From NCBI GenBank assembly GCA_016188575.1, contig JACPHN010000012.1, positions 8,197-72,196 of the forward strand: 64,000 nucleotides of DNA, in the 5' to 3' direction. Position 1 is the stretch's first letter. Every line of letters starts with the position of its first letter. The notes below the pieces were generated by a model that worked only from the letters and a program-made list of their open reading frames with translations, searched no databases and was not told the origin of the DNA. This DNA comes from Candidatus Schekmanbacteria bacterium. GTDB lineage: Bacteria; CSSED10-310; JACPHN01. The position numbers and the translations under genes are program-made. Positions 29,379 through 39,121 of this stretch are shown piece after piece.

Positions 29379-30938
29379 CTACTTGCCTGCGGGCGTGCGC
29401 GTGAATTTCGGTTGGCTGTCGATTTTCAACCGCATGCCGTCGAGCAGCTCACGGTCAGACTGGACGGCGCGCCCTGGATCGACGACAGTCGGAGTAACAA
29501 AAAGCACGACCTCCGACTGCTCCAGTTGCGTCTGCTTTGATCCGAACAGGTAGTTCAACACCGGTATGCGTCCGATACCGGGAAGCCGTGACCATTGCTG
29601 CCGAAGCGTATTGGCGATGACTCCGCCGATGACCAAACTGTCACCTTTCGGAATGTTTACCCGCGTGTCCACGAGCTCCTTCGAGAATAGCGGCAGCTCG
29701 AAAGCGGTAACGGTGCCGATCAGTTGCAGCATCTCGGCCTTGATCTTCAGATCCACGTCGTCCCCGTCATTCACCATCGGTGTCGCCTCGACGACGAAGC
29801 CGAACTCCTTGTATTCGACGGTGTATCCGGAGATGCCGGATCCGGTTACGATGGGGTATTCGCCGCCAGCCACCGTTTCCTTGCCTGTATCACCCGCCTT
29901 GATGACCATGCGCGGGTTGCCGACGATCGTTCCACCGCCATCCTGGACCAGGAGGTTCACGGTCGGAATGAGGTTGGTGATGGTCCCGAAGAACCGGTAG
30001 TACAGCTCGCCCGTCTTCAAATTGCTGAAGAACTTTCCAGGAAGCTCTTCCTGATCGGCGGACGTGTCGGCTTGTTCAAATTCGATCGAGCCGTCGTCCG
30101 GCTTTGCAGAGCCAATCTCTGACGGCCACCTTATTCCGAGTCGGCTCAAGTCTTCGTTGAAGATCTTCATGACCTTCACGTCCAGGTGCACTTGCTTGCC
30201 GGCCTCAAAGCGCGAGCCTTCCTTGACCACGTCGATGGCGGCGATTACGCGATCGGACGTGTAGGTGTTCGCGATGGAAATGGCGCGATCGCGATCGGCT
30301 TCGGAGTTGACACGTCCCTCGAGCAGAATTTTGTCCTTGATGACGCGAGTCTTGAGCTCCTGTCGGCCGATTGCGCGCTCGATCTCCTGGGCCAGGAGGC
30401 GGATCGCCTCCGGGTTGAGCTGGACCTGAAAAAGGATGAGCTCGGGGTTCCCGGATGCATTCTTGCGGACGAACTCGTAGTCCGACTCGGCAAAGACCGC
30501 TCCTTCGACGACCACCCGGTTGCCGGCAACCTTCACGTGGACGCCTTCGACGCCGCGAAAGAGCTCGCCGAGCTCACTGGCAAGCCGATCCAGATTGGCG
30601 ACGACATTGATCTGGATCGTGTCGCGCTTGGTTTGCTTGTTGTCCCACATCACCAGGTTGGTACTGCCAGTGGTCTTGGCGTTGACGAGCACCTCGCGCT
30701 GGTTTTCGGACACTTTGAAGTCCGCGACCTCCGGATCACCGATCGCGATCTGGCCGATCGTGTACGCCAGGCTCAGCGGGCGCGTGGTGCCTTTGATCAT
30801 CGTGATCGTCTCGGGCAGCTTCTCTTGCGCGCCCGCGGCGCCGCCCAGCCACAGCACGGCGCAGACCGCTACCGCAAGATTTGCGATTCCGTTGCGATAC
30901 TTCGGTCGATTCGTCCCATCAGCCAGCATTACAGCCAT
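29379..30938 (-). CDS. cpaC: Tad/Flp secretin CpaC/RcpA
   Basis: Signal sequence. Secretin C-domain motifs (VIGGVIANTLRQQWSRLPGIGRIPVLNYLFGS..VVLFVTPTVV). Confidence 0.85.
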   Translation of the reverse strand: MAVMLADGTNRPKYRNGIANLAVAVCAVLWLGGAAGAQEKLPETITMIKGTTRPLSLAYTIGQIAIGDPEVADFKVSENQREVLVNAKTTGSTNLVMWDNKQTKRDTIQINVVANLDRLASELGELFRGVEGVHVKVAGNRVVVEGAVFAESDYEFVRKNASGNPELILFQVQLNPEAIRLLAQEIERAIGRQELKTRVIKDKILLEGRVNSEADRDRAISIANTYTSDRVIAAIDVVKEGSRFEAGKQVHLDVKVMKIFNEDLSRLGIRWPSEIGSAKPDDGSIEFEQADTSADQEELPGKFFSNLKTGELYYRFFGTITNLIPTVNLLVQDGGGTIVGNPRMVIKAGDTGKETVAGGEYPIVTGSGISGYTVEYKEFGFVVEATPMVNDGDDVDLKIKAEMLQLIGTVTAFELPLFSKELVDTRVNIPKGDSLVIGGVIANTLRQQWSRLPGIGRIPVLNYLFGSKQTQLEQSEVVLFVTPTVVDPGRAVQSDRELLDGMRLKIDSQPKFTRTPAGK

Positions 30939-30998
30939 GACTCCTCCCTCTCGTGTCCGAAACCCAGGCTTCTCTGTATCGCGGCCGTCATCCGGCGG

Positions 30999-31862
30999 CT
31001 AGCGACCGCCGAAGCTCTGCTCGGTGCCGCGGATCTCCTGCCATTGTGGCGCGATGCTCATCCGTGGCGCCAGCTTGCCCTTTCCGAGCAACTTGTTCGT
31101 GGTAATCTGTTCGAGCTTGTATTCTTCTTCGGTCTCGATCTGCGACCGCAGGACGACGGTGATGACGCCGCTGTCCTGAGCAGTGATCAGGCGTCCCGCG
31201 TGCTCGGGCAGGACGGCAAGAGTCAAGTTCTGCGGATACTCTTCCTTTCCCATCCCTTTGCGGCCGCCGACTTCGCCCCGCTTCTCCTGCGCTTCACGTT
31301 CCTCCTCGATCGTCTGCAGTTGCTCAGGGGTAATGGCGGACATGCGGCGCTCGACAGCGAGCACGAGGATGTTCTGGAGAAGCAGCTCCGTCGCGCTTAC
31401 CCGGTCGTCTTCGTCCTTGATCTGAAACGTTCCGAAGATGTCTACGTAGTTTCCGGGGCGCACCAAGCCGGCGACGCCGGTCACGTCATTGACCACCAGG
31501 CTCAGTGCTCGATACCCCGGCGGTACTTTCAGGGCGAGGCCGGTCTCCAAGCCGAAGGAGAACAGCTTGGTCTTTAGAATCTGTTCGCCGCTGAGCATAG
31601 GGGTCGAAGTCACTTGCCCGACCGCTTCCTTTTCAGACTTCAGGGCTCCAGGCTGGATGTATGCGGCCGGAACCTTGATGATCTTCACCATAATGTCATC
31701 GACGCGCTCGTATTGGAGGATGTCACGGGTCGCGACAAGAACGTCTTGCTCCGAGCCTAGCTGCATGTATTCTTTTTCTACCTGGCCGATGTAGCGGTAG
31801 ATTAGCGCCCCCACGATCAGCCCTAGCATGATAGAAATGAGCAGTCCCTGCTTGCTTTTCAT
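30999..31862 (-). CDS. cpaB: Flp pilus assembly protein CpaB/RcpC (SAF domain)
   Basis: N-terminal TM (LLISIMLGLIVGALIY) and CpaB-like body. Directly upstream of the secretin. Confidence 0.75.
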   Translation of the reverse strand: MKSKQGLLISIMLGLIVGALIYRYIGQVEKEYMQLGSEQDVLVATRDILQYERVDDIMVKIIKVPAAYIQPGALKSEKEAVGQVTSTPMLSGEQILKTKLFSFGLETGLALKVPPGYRALSLVVNDVTGVAGLVRPGNYVDIFGTFQIKDEDDRVSATELLLQNILVLAVERRMSAITPEQLQTIEEEREAQEKRGEVGGRKGMGKEEYPQNLTLAVLPEHAGRLITAQDSGVITVVLRSQIETEEEYKLEQITTNKLLGKGKLAPRMSIAPQWQEIRGTEQSFGGR

Positions 31863-32007
31863 GTCGCAGCCTCACCTCCCAGGGCCCCGCCATCGAGCTC
31901 GCGAGCAAGGATACCCGGCCGGGCCTTGCGCGGGGTGCATCGCCGTCCAATTTCAACGGCAGTTTACCGGCGAAGGTCCGGTAGCGCAAGGGGCCGTATT
32001 CGCCTAA

Positions 32008-32150
32008 ATCCGCCGCCAGATCGACTGCAAGTTGAGCGGAAAGCGCATCAAGAAGACTCCCCGCTTCACCCGCACGTGAGGGGAGGGACGCAGGAGCACT
32101 GTCACGTGGACATCGAACTGGCGGTGGATATGGGCTCGGGTCCTGAGCGC
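32008..32150 (+). repeat. copy C of the ~140-bp dispersed repeat, inside the tad gene array (between pseudopilin and cpaB)
   Basis: AATCCGCCGCC..CTGCAAG..GCGGAAAGCGCATCAAGAAGACTCC..GAGGGGAGGGACG..GGCGGTGGAT blocks shared with copies A and B. Confidence 0.7.
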
Positions 32151-32229
32151 GGGCTGCCAACAACGCCAATGCCGGGTCGCGGCGATGCGCTGCTACCCGG
32201 CATTGATAGATTCGCTATTGGGCGATGGA

Positions 32230-32595
32230 TCAACTGCAGTTTTCGACAGACGTCCTAGGCCAGGGGCGATGCGGTTGATACAACTTGACCGTGCTCGAGA
32301 ATTCGGCGAGCCCTTGGGGCTTGAAAAAGATCCATTTTGCCGTCTTCAGCGTCACGCAGGGTTGATTTTCATCGTCGTCCCAGCCCAGTTGCGGTTCCAC
32401 CATTCGCTCCAGAGCGTCGTTGCGAGCTGCCGAAAACGCGTACGTCTGGTTCCAGTTTCCGATGATGTAGGTAATGAGCAACAGCACGACGGGAATGAAC
32501 ACCAGCATGATGACGAGCAGCACCTCGAGAATGGATTGGCCGCTCTCACCCTTCATTCGCCGCGGGGTCCCGCTCTGCATTTTCACGTTTCGCAT
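32230..32595 (-). CDS. TadE-like pseudopilin
   Basis: ATG at 32593-32595 with GGGAGA upstream. N-terminus ..GESGQSILEVLLVIMLVFIPVVLLLITY typical of TadE/pseudopilins. Confidence 0.6.
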   Translation of the reverse strand: MRNVKMQSGTPRRMKGESGQSILEVLLVIMLVFIPVVLLLITYIIGNWNQTYAFSAARNDALERMVEPQLGWDDDENQPCVTLKTAKWIFFKPQGLAEFSSTVKLYQPHRPWPRTSVENCS

Positions 32596-32617
32596 GTCAG
32601 GGTCTCCCACCGGTGTC

Positions 32618-33676
32618 CTAGTGCAGGTACTGATGGGCGTCCGGGATACCGTGCCCAAGCGCGTTGGCTACCCGCGGGTAGCCGATCTTGACGAGGTATT
32701 CTTCGTAGTCGTCGCGATCGAAGAAGATGCCGTAGTTCCATGTCGGTCCATAGATGTCCGGTGGCCAGGGACTGCCAGGAGTGAAGAACATGGCGGCATG
32801 AGCTGCGACGATATTCCCCATCGGCAGAGATGCTAGCTCTCCCCATGGAACGAGAGGGTTGGGAGTGAACTGCCAGATGATTGTGCGATCTGGATCGTGC
32901 ACGAGGTAGCCACCGAAGGGCTTGGCAGCCGCGACTGCCTCCATTGGGGGGATACCGTCCGGTGCAATCAGCCTACCGGCAAAAAGCTGCTCGGGCGGAA
33001 TCGGCTTGGAGCGAACGCGCACACCCATTACGGTAACCGTGCGCGTGTCCTTACCGTCGTGCCAGGTCTTGATCTTCGGCAACGAACCGTAGTTGGTGCA
33101 GGGATATTCGACGCCCAGGAAGGAGCATACATCCTGATAGTAATAGTAGAAGTCCGAATCATGCTGCTTCTTGAGGAGCGTGATCTTGTTTTCGAGGCCG
33201 TGCGGCAGGATGATGTCGGGTTCGCCGTCAACGTTGACGTAGTTCTTCTTGACGATCATCTTGACCATGTTCTTTGCCCAAAAAGAGAACATGGCGTTGG
33301 CGCCGCCGGGGCCATCGATATCCTTCATCAGGGTATCAACCTTGGCCTGAAGCTCGCCCGCGTAGCCGATCGCGGCCGGCATCGAAACCGCGACGGGATC
33401 CTCCCAGTGGCTCGCCGACTTGTTGAGATACGTGAAGTACTGCCGCCGAATCTCCTTTTCCTTGCGGATAATCTCGTTGAATCCGAGTGCATGGACCGCG
33501 GCGCCGCTCATCGCCCCAACATCTGCGGCGTTCTGCAGGGCCTCCTTGTGGCTGATAAGAACACCGGTGTTGTAAATCAGGCCAACGAACAGAAAGGCTC
33601 CCAGCACGAGGAAGAGAGCCATCAGGAATGCCTGTCCATGCTCGCGTCCGAGCGGTCTGTGCAAGTTCTCTGGCAT
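32618..33676 (-). CDS. tadG: TadG-like (Flp pilus assembly, TadG N-terminal domain) protein
   Basis: Start MPENLHRPLGREHGQAFLMALFLVLGAFLFVGLIYNTG (ATG 33674-33676, AGGAG 7 nt upstream) resembles the TadG N-terminal motif. Large periplasmic body. Confidence 0.65.
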   Translation of the reverse strand: MPENLHRPLGREHGQAFLMALFLVLGAFLFVGLIYNTGVLISHKEALQNAADVGAMSGAAVHALGFNEIIRKEKEIRRQYFTYLNKSASHWEDPVAVSMPAAIGYAGELQAKVDTLMKDIDGPGGANAMFSFWAKNMVKMIVKKNYVNVDGEPDIILPHGLENKITLLKKQHDSDFYYYYQDVCSFLGVEYPCTNYGSLPKIKTWHDGKDTRTVTVMGVRVRSKPIPPEQLFAGRLIAPDGIPPMEAVAAAKPFGGYLVHDPDRTIIWQFTPNPLVPWGELASLPMGNIVAAHAAMFFTPGSPWPPDIYGPTWNYGIFFDRDDYEEYLVKIGYPRVANALGHGIPDAHQYLH

Positions 33677-33693
33677 GTGGGCGCTCCTGATTC

Positions 33694-34347
33694 TTAGTAA
33701 TTGTCCGTGAACTCGAGTGGACCGCACTTGCCCCAGATTTCGCATTCTCTCGGGATCCCCAGGCTGAACTGCCCCAGTCCGGGAAGGGCAAAAAACCCTT
33801 CCTCGGGCAGCGGAGCGTAACCGAGAATCATGGTGCGATTGTCGGTCTCGGGGTTCCACGGGACCCAGGGGAACAGCTTTCGGATCAGCCAGGGGAAGAA
33901 GTCGTCGGGGTCCATCAGGTCGAAGGGAATCGACAGCGGTTTCGGGATGAACAGATCCATCTCCCAGTACACCACGACGCCGCCGGACACGAAGGGAATG
34001 CTGTAGTAGATCGCCTTCGCCTCGTATCTCGAGCCGCCGTACGCCTGCGCCATGATGTTCTTGGCGACCTTGGCGTGCTCACCGCTCCAAGAAACGGGCA
34101 GGATCTCGCTGTTGGTAATCACCGTGCGCGCGGACATGAAAGCCGCGTAGTTCGCCATTTGCCAGGCATTCACGATGATCGCGATCTGCGCGATTACGAT
34201 GAACGCGATGAGGATGACAAATGCCGCGATGATGAACTCGATGATCGACGAGCCGCGCTCTCGCCCGGCGCTGTCTGTCTCGCCACGCTGCCCGCGCACT
34301 ACAGTGCGCATTCGCTCCCGTGCTCGCCACATGCCGCTCATCTCCAT
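33694..34347 (-). CDS. tadE: TadE-like protein
   Basis: TadE N-terminal motif GSSIIEFIIAAFVILIAFIVIAQ. Confidence 0.7.
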   Translation of the reverse strand: MEMSGMWRARERMRTVVRGQRGETDSAGRERGSSIIEFIIAAFVILIAFIVIAQIAIIVNAWQMANYAAFMSARTVITNSEILPVSWSGEHAKVAKNIMAQAYGGSRYEAKAIYYSIPFVSGGVVVYWEMDLFIPKPLSIPFDLMDPDDFFPWLIRKLFPWVPWNPETDNRTMILGYAPLPEEGFFALPGLGQFSLGIPRECEIWGKCGPLEFTDNY

Positions 34348-34365
34348 TGGCGCCTCGCGAGGGCC

Positions 34366-34550
34366 TTAGAAGCCGATCGCGTCGGCGAAGTCGTTGATCT
34401 TTTCCTTGATCTTCTCGAAGATCTCGATCAGCGCGTCGGCGAACACCAGTGCAATGGTGACCATGGTGACGCCGATCATGATGCTCAAAACGATCCATTC
34501 GACTGTGGTTTGCCCGCTCTCGTCCACCGCGAGCCTGCTCAGGTGTTGCA
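34366..34550 (-). CDS. flp: Flp-family prepilin (61 aa)
   Basis: ATG at 34548-34550 with GGGGAAAGGGGA upstream. Leader MQHLSRLAVDESG then mature QTTVEWIVLSIMIGVTMVTIALV, i.e. the G/xxxxE(Y/W) Flp motif. Confidence 0.8.
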
Positions 34551-34577
34551 TGGATGTCCCCTTTCCCCGTCCCCAGG

Positions 34578-34841
34578 TTAGAGCGATTTGTTGTGATAAG
34601 AAGGTTTCTGCACGACTTTGGTGAAGTTGCCGAAAATGCTCGCGCGGCCGGACTCCGGGCATTCGACCTTGTCCGGGCAGGCGATGTCGGCACCGCCGAT
34701 CAGCGTCGCGACGGTCCGCACGATCATGTATCCAATGACGATGCCGACGATGATCAGCAGCACGTAGCTTGCCGTCATCTGGCCGTCATCGTCGCGAAGA
34801 AGGTCCCGCCAGAGTCTTCTTGGGGATGTCATTCCGTTCAC
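34578..34841 (-). CDS. second Flp-like prepilin with extended Cys-containing C-terminal tail
   Basis: AAGGAG then a probable GTG start (34839-34841) or ATG 34832. Leader ..RRLWRDLLRDDDG then QMTASYVLLIIVGIVIGY (Ser in place of the usual Glu at +5). Tail ..GGADIACPDKVECPESG... Confidence 0.55.
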   Translation of the reverse strand: MNGMTSPRRLWRDLLRDDDGQMTASYVLLIIVGIVIGYMIVRTVATLIGGADIACPDKVECPESGRASIFGNFTKVVQKPSYHNKSL

Positions 34842-35580
34842 GGCTGATACTCCTTTCCGGCTGGGCTTATGCAATCTTCATACCAGAGCAATCGTCCTCG
34901 CGGATCTGGCGCCGTCGCGCAGGAATAGCGCCGCAGCGCACTTTCCTCTCCTGGCAGGGGGCCGCACTGAAGGGGTTCGCTGGCCGACTGTGGAAGCAGG
35001 TTCACACTCCTCGCCCCGAGGGTGCGCGGCGATGCCCATGAGGCGCAGTCTGCCGTTGGGAACACTTCTTCACAGCAGATGCAGCAGCGTGCATAGCGTC
35101 GGGCCTCGGTCCGCACTGCCGCTGCCCTCGCGCCGCAAACGAGACCGGCAGAACTGCGGCGATACGCATGGCCCATTGACAAAAGTACCCCCGGCGCGAC
35201 TCGAACGTGCAACCTGCGGATTAGCATACCCCACCCGGTTTCCCGAGCCACCGCTCGCCGCGGTGTTGGAGTCTGGACTATATCTTCGCCATTCCAGGCG
35301 CGGCGCGTATAGTCTCTGAGGGTCCTTGGTAGTGCCTCTACAGGCCTCGCCCGCGGTTCCCTGCGGATTGCCCATTGTCGCATCCCGAGGTCTTTTTTCA
35401 CCGTCACGTACGCTCGCCACGCGGGCCGCGTTGTGGTGCCTCGGGCTTTAGGGGTTCCCCGCATACTGCGCCGTCCACTTCCACGGTTGGGCCTCGCCAC
35501 AGCGATGCTGGTTCCCGCGGAAGGCTCCTTGTTGAAGTCCGCTGCTCTATCCTTTGAGCTACGGGGGCAGTTCTGTTCTC

Positions 35581-37049
35581 CTATCCTCCGGCCGAGCTTC
35601 CCTTGCCAAGCTCGGTCCGCAAGCGACGAAGCGTCTTCGCGATCACCTCATCCTGCTTGTCCAGATCCTCGATTTTCTTGCACGCGAAGATGACGGTGCT
35701 ATGATCTCTCCCACCGAACTTGCTGCCGATTTCCGTGGTCGAGTCATTGGTAAGCTCGCGCGCCAGATACATGGCAATCTGTCTGGCTTCGGCAACCGGC
35801 TTGGTGCGCCCCCTGGCTCGGAGGTCGCGCGACTTGAGGCTAAAATACTCCGCCACGCGATCGATCACAAGCTCTGTTGTCACCCGCGCCTCCGGTTCGT
35901 TGAGGATGTCGCGCAGCACTTCGCGGACAAAGGGGACGGTGATGCGATTCCCGCGGAAAGCGGCCTGAGCCGCAACGCGGTTGAGACACCCTTCGAGCTC
36001 GCGAACGCTGGACGTCACGCGCTCGGCAATGAAGAGCGCCGCATCGTCGGGCACCTTCACCTTCAGTGACGCCGCTTTCTTGCGGATGATGGCCACCTTG
36101 GTTTCGAGGTCTGGCGGCTGGATGTCGACAATCAGGCCGCACTCGAACCGCGATCGCAGCCGGTGCTCGAGGGTCTTGATGTCCTTGGGCAGGCGGTCGC
36201 TGGTCAATACGATCTGCTTATGGGCGTCATATAGCGTATTGAAGGTATGAAAAAACTCTTCTTGCGTGCGCTCTTTTCCCGCCAGGCCATGGACGTCGTC
36301 GATCATGAGCAGGTCGACCTTGCGGTACCGTTCCCGGAAGCCGGTGACCTGCTGGTTGGTGATCGATTCGATCATTTCTTCCATGAAGCGCTGCGACGGC
36401 ACGTAGCACAGCCTCACTTCGCCGCCGCCGACAGCGGCGCGACTTGCCACCACGTGGCCGATCGCGTGCAACAGATGCGTCTTGCCCAAACCACTGCCGC
36501 CGTAGATGAAGAGCGGGTTATAGCGCCCCGCGGGATGCTCGGCAACGGACAGCGACGCCGCGTGCGCAAATTGGTTTCCCGCCCCCACGACGAAATTGTC
36601 AAACGTGTAGCGGGTACTGAGCGGCATGCCCGTATATTCGCAACTGCCCTGTCGGCCCGCGACGGCGCCTTCCTCGACCAGCGCGGCAAAGAGGGTTTCT
36701 ACTCCCGGGTTTTCCGGGCCACCCTTGGGATCGGCTGCAGCAAGGCGCCGCGTCGTTGGCCGCCGACCTGGCGCAGCGCTCCGGAACGCCGCCTGAGCGG
36801 GAACCGGCTCGGGATGCGCGAAGACGACCGACACCTCCTGCCCGTCATCGCAAACCTCGCGAATGGTCTCCTGGATCAGGTGCGCGTAGAACGTTTTTAG
36901 ATATCGGCCGTGATCAGCATTGGGAACGGACAACACAACGTTGTCACCCATGTGACGTTCCAGGCTAACCGGCGCGAACCATCGCTCGTAACATCTTGAG
37001 GTCACCTTTGCTCGTAGGCCTTCCTGAACGCGCGGCCATAGGTTATCCA
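35581..37049 (-). CDS. dnaA: chromosomal replication initiator protein DnaA
   Basis: N-terminus MDNLWPRVQEGLRAKV.., AAA+ Walker A GGSGLGKTHLL, box VII..., C-terminal DNA-binding domain (ARQIAMYLARELT..). GAGGTG RBS. The track ORF extends to 37098 but the conserved start is ATG 37047-37049. Confidence 0.9.
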
Positions 37050-37341
37050 TCTGGTAGCCCACCTCAAATGTACACAGCAGCCCGCGGGCACAAACCACCT
37101 ATCAGGACCGGGAGACTGGTAGGAGAACTATCACGAGGTCCTTGAGAAGCGCTCTATGGGCGACCCCCAATCGCCATCTTTCTCCTACGGACCTCTTGAT
37201 CTGTTGTGTAGCGGACCATAGCTGCTCTCGAAGTATCCCCAACAACCGACAACAGGAAAGTACCAGGGCACCGTCCGGGTGTCAAGTCGTGAGCCATCGA
37301 CAGCTAGATTTCGGCACCCGCCGCTGCCGGCCGTCGGCGGC

Positions 37342-39075
37342 TCAACGCGGCGCCGGGGTCAGGTGGGAGTGAATCAGGCGGAGCAGCGGCAGCATCACAT
37401 TTCCGCTGAAGTCAAGGGTCGCTCCCGCGGCCGCAAAGAGCTCCGGGAGCGGCCGGCTTCCACCCAGGCCAAGCGCTTTTCGATAGGCGTTCACCGCCCC
37501 CAGTGGATCCGCCAATGACCGCTGCCATACTTGCAGCGCTCCGAGCTGCGCGATCACGTACTCCACGTAGTAGAAGGGCGTCTCGAAAAGATGGCTTTGC
37601 TGCAGCCACTCCACCTGTTGCAGCTCCTCCAAGCCATGGTGGTCCACCAGGCCCGCGTAGCGCGCGCGCAGATGCGCCCAGGTGTTGCGCCTGGCCGCTT
37701 TCGAGCGCTCCGTCGCGGTATAGATCGCGTGCTGAAAGGCGTCGATGGTCGCGGCCCACGCAAAGAAGGGGATGATGCCGCGAAGCTGGCGCCGCCGCGC
37801 TCGCTCCGCGTCATGCTGGCTGTAGAAAACCTCCAGATGACGAGCCCCCAGCAGCTCCATGGCCATGGAAGCGACCTCCGCAATCTCGGTAGGGACGTCG
37901 CGATACACGAGTAGGGGCTCGTGCCGAGTCAGGCAGCAGTGAAAGGCGTGCCCGCCCTCATGCAGCAAGGCCACGACGTCTTCATGCCCCCCCGCGGAGC
38001 TCATGAAGATAAACGGCAGCCGGCGGCGGGCGAGCGTGATCTGATAAGCGCCGGGAGCTTTCCCCACGCGACTGGCAAGATCCAGCAACCCGTACCGGGA
38101 AAGCTCGCAGAACTGCTCGCCGAAGGCCGAAAACACGCGCTCGAAGATCGTTTGGCAGCCCTCTCGAAGGGCCTCCGTGCTGGTGAAGGGGGACAGCGGT
38201 GACTCGCCATCCGGATCGGCGAGCAGGTCCCACGGGCGAAGCACAGAGACCCCGAGCTGGTCCGCAAGCTGTTGCTGAACCATGCGCACCGATGGCATCG
38301 CGAAGCGCTCGGTGGTCGCGTGAAGTTGCTCGCAATCCCGCGGCCCGTAGTCGAATCTCCGCAAGCGGCGAAACATGTAATCCCGGTAGCTTGCGAACCC
38401 GCAGTTGGACGCCATCTGGCCGCGAAGCAAGACGAGCTCGTGGAAAACGTCCTCGAGCTCGTCTTTGTCCTGGAATCGCCGCTGCTCCACGGCTTGCCAC
38501 GCCGCCTTCCGCCGCGAGCGGTCGAGCTCTTCCAGGTATGGCCGCATTTCGGGAAGCGTGCGTTGCTGGCCGTCGAAATCGACGGTCATGTTGCCCATGA
38601 GGCGTTGATATCGCCGCGAATGGCGCGCCTCAGCAGTTTCCAGTGCCAGGTTGTCCGCCACGAAAAGCGCCGCCTCGTTCTCGATGATTCTGTCGAGGAC
38701 CGCGTAGCGACGCGGCTCGAGGTCGCCGCGCCCCGTGCTGGCCAGGTATCGCAGGTGAAGGCGATGCCACCGTTCCTTCGCAGGTTCGGTCACGGTTTCA
38801 ATGTAGTCGAGATACGCCTGGTCAAGGGCGTCGGAGGCAGTGTCCCGCGTTGAGGCGATGTAGCGCAGCGAGAGCTCCTCGTCGATCGCCGCTTGCAGCT
38901 CGCTGCAGAAAACCAGCCAGGCCTGTAGCTTGGTGGCGCTCTCCAGCGAGTGCCGCTCGAGCTGATCGAATAGGGGTTCGACGCGGCTCCAGGAATCGAC
39001 GCTGGTGCGGGCGTCCAGGAAGGTGCCAGCGGACGGCGGCGGCACCGCGGCGAGAAAGGTCAACGGGGTGCTCAT
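37342..39075 (-). CDS. pepF: M3-family oligoendopeptidase F-like metallopeptidase
   Basis: HEGGHAFH zinc motif and PepF-like length and architecture. Confidence 0.75.
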   Translation of the reverse strand: MSTPLTFLAAVPPPSAGTFLDARTSVDSWSRVEPLFDQLERHSLESATKLQAWLVFCSELQAAIDEELSLRYIASTRDTASDALDQAYLDYIETVTEPAKERWHRLHLRYLASTGRGDLEPRRYAVLDRIIENEAALFVADNLALETAEARHSRRYQRLMGNMTVDFDGQQRTLPEMRPYLEELDRSRRKAAWQAVEQRRFQDKDELEDVFHELVLLRGQMASNCGFASYRDYMFRRLRRFDYGPRDCEQLHATTERFAMPSVRMVQQQLADQLGVSVLRPWDLLADPDGESPLSPFTSTEALREGCQTIFERVFSAFGEQFCELSRYGLLDLASRVGKAPGAYQITLARRRLPFIFMSSAGGHEDVVALLHEGGHAFHCCLTRHEPLLVYRDVPTEIAEVASMAMELLGARHLEVFYSQHDAERARRRQLRGIIPFFAWAATIDAFQHAIYTATERSKAARRNTWAHLRARYAGLVDHHGLEELQQVEWLQQSHLFETPFYYVEYVIAQLGALQVWQRSLADPLGAVNAYRKALGLGGSRPLPELFAAAGATLDFSGNVMLPLLRLIHSHLTPAPR

Positions 39076-39121
39076 GGGGAGAGCTCTCGGAAAGCGTCCA
39101 GCAACAGGCGAAACAACAGCA

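Noticed and set aside
35190-35245. tRNA-like T-arm sequence (revcomp ..GGTTGCACGTTCGAGTCGCGCCGGGGGTA) in the flp-dnaA intergenic region
   Set aside because: A GTTCGAGTC T-loop-like motif is present, but the T-stem has a mismatch. No complementary acceptor 5' strand, anticodon stem or D-arm could be folded, so it is not a tRNA gene. It could be a tRNA-derived remnant, but that is unproven.
34842-35580. Search for a cluster of consensus DnaA boxes (TTATCCACA) and an AT-rich DUE marking oriC
   Set aside because: Only 6-7/9 matches scattered in the region, and no AT-rich unwinding element visible by eye. oriC cannot be called from this window alone.
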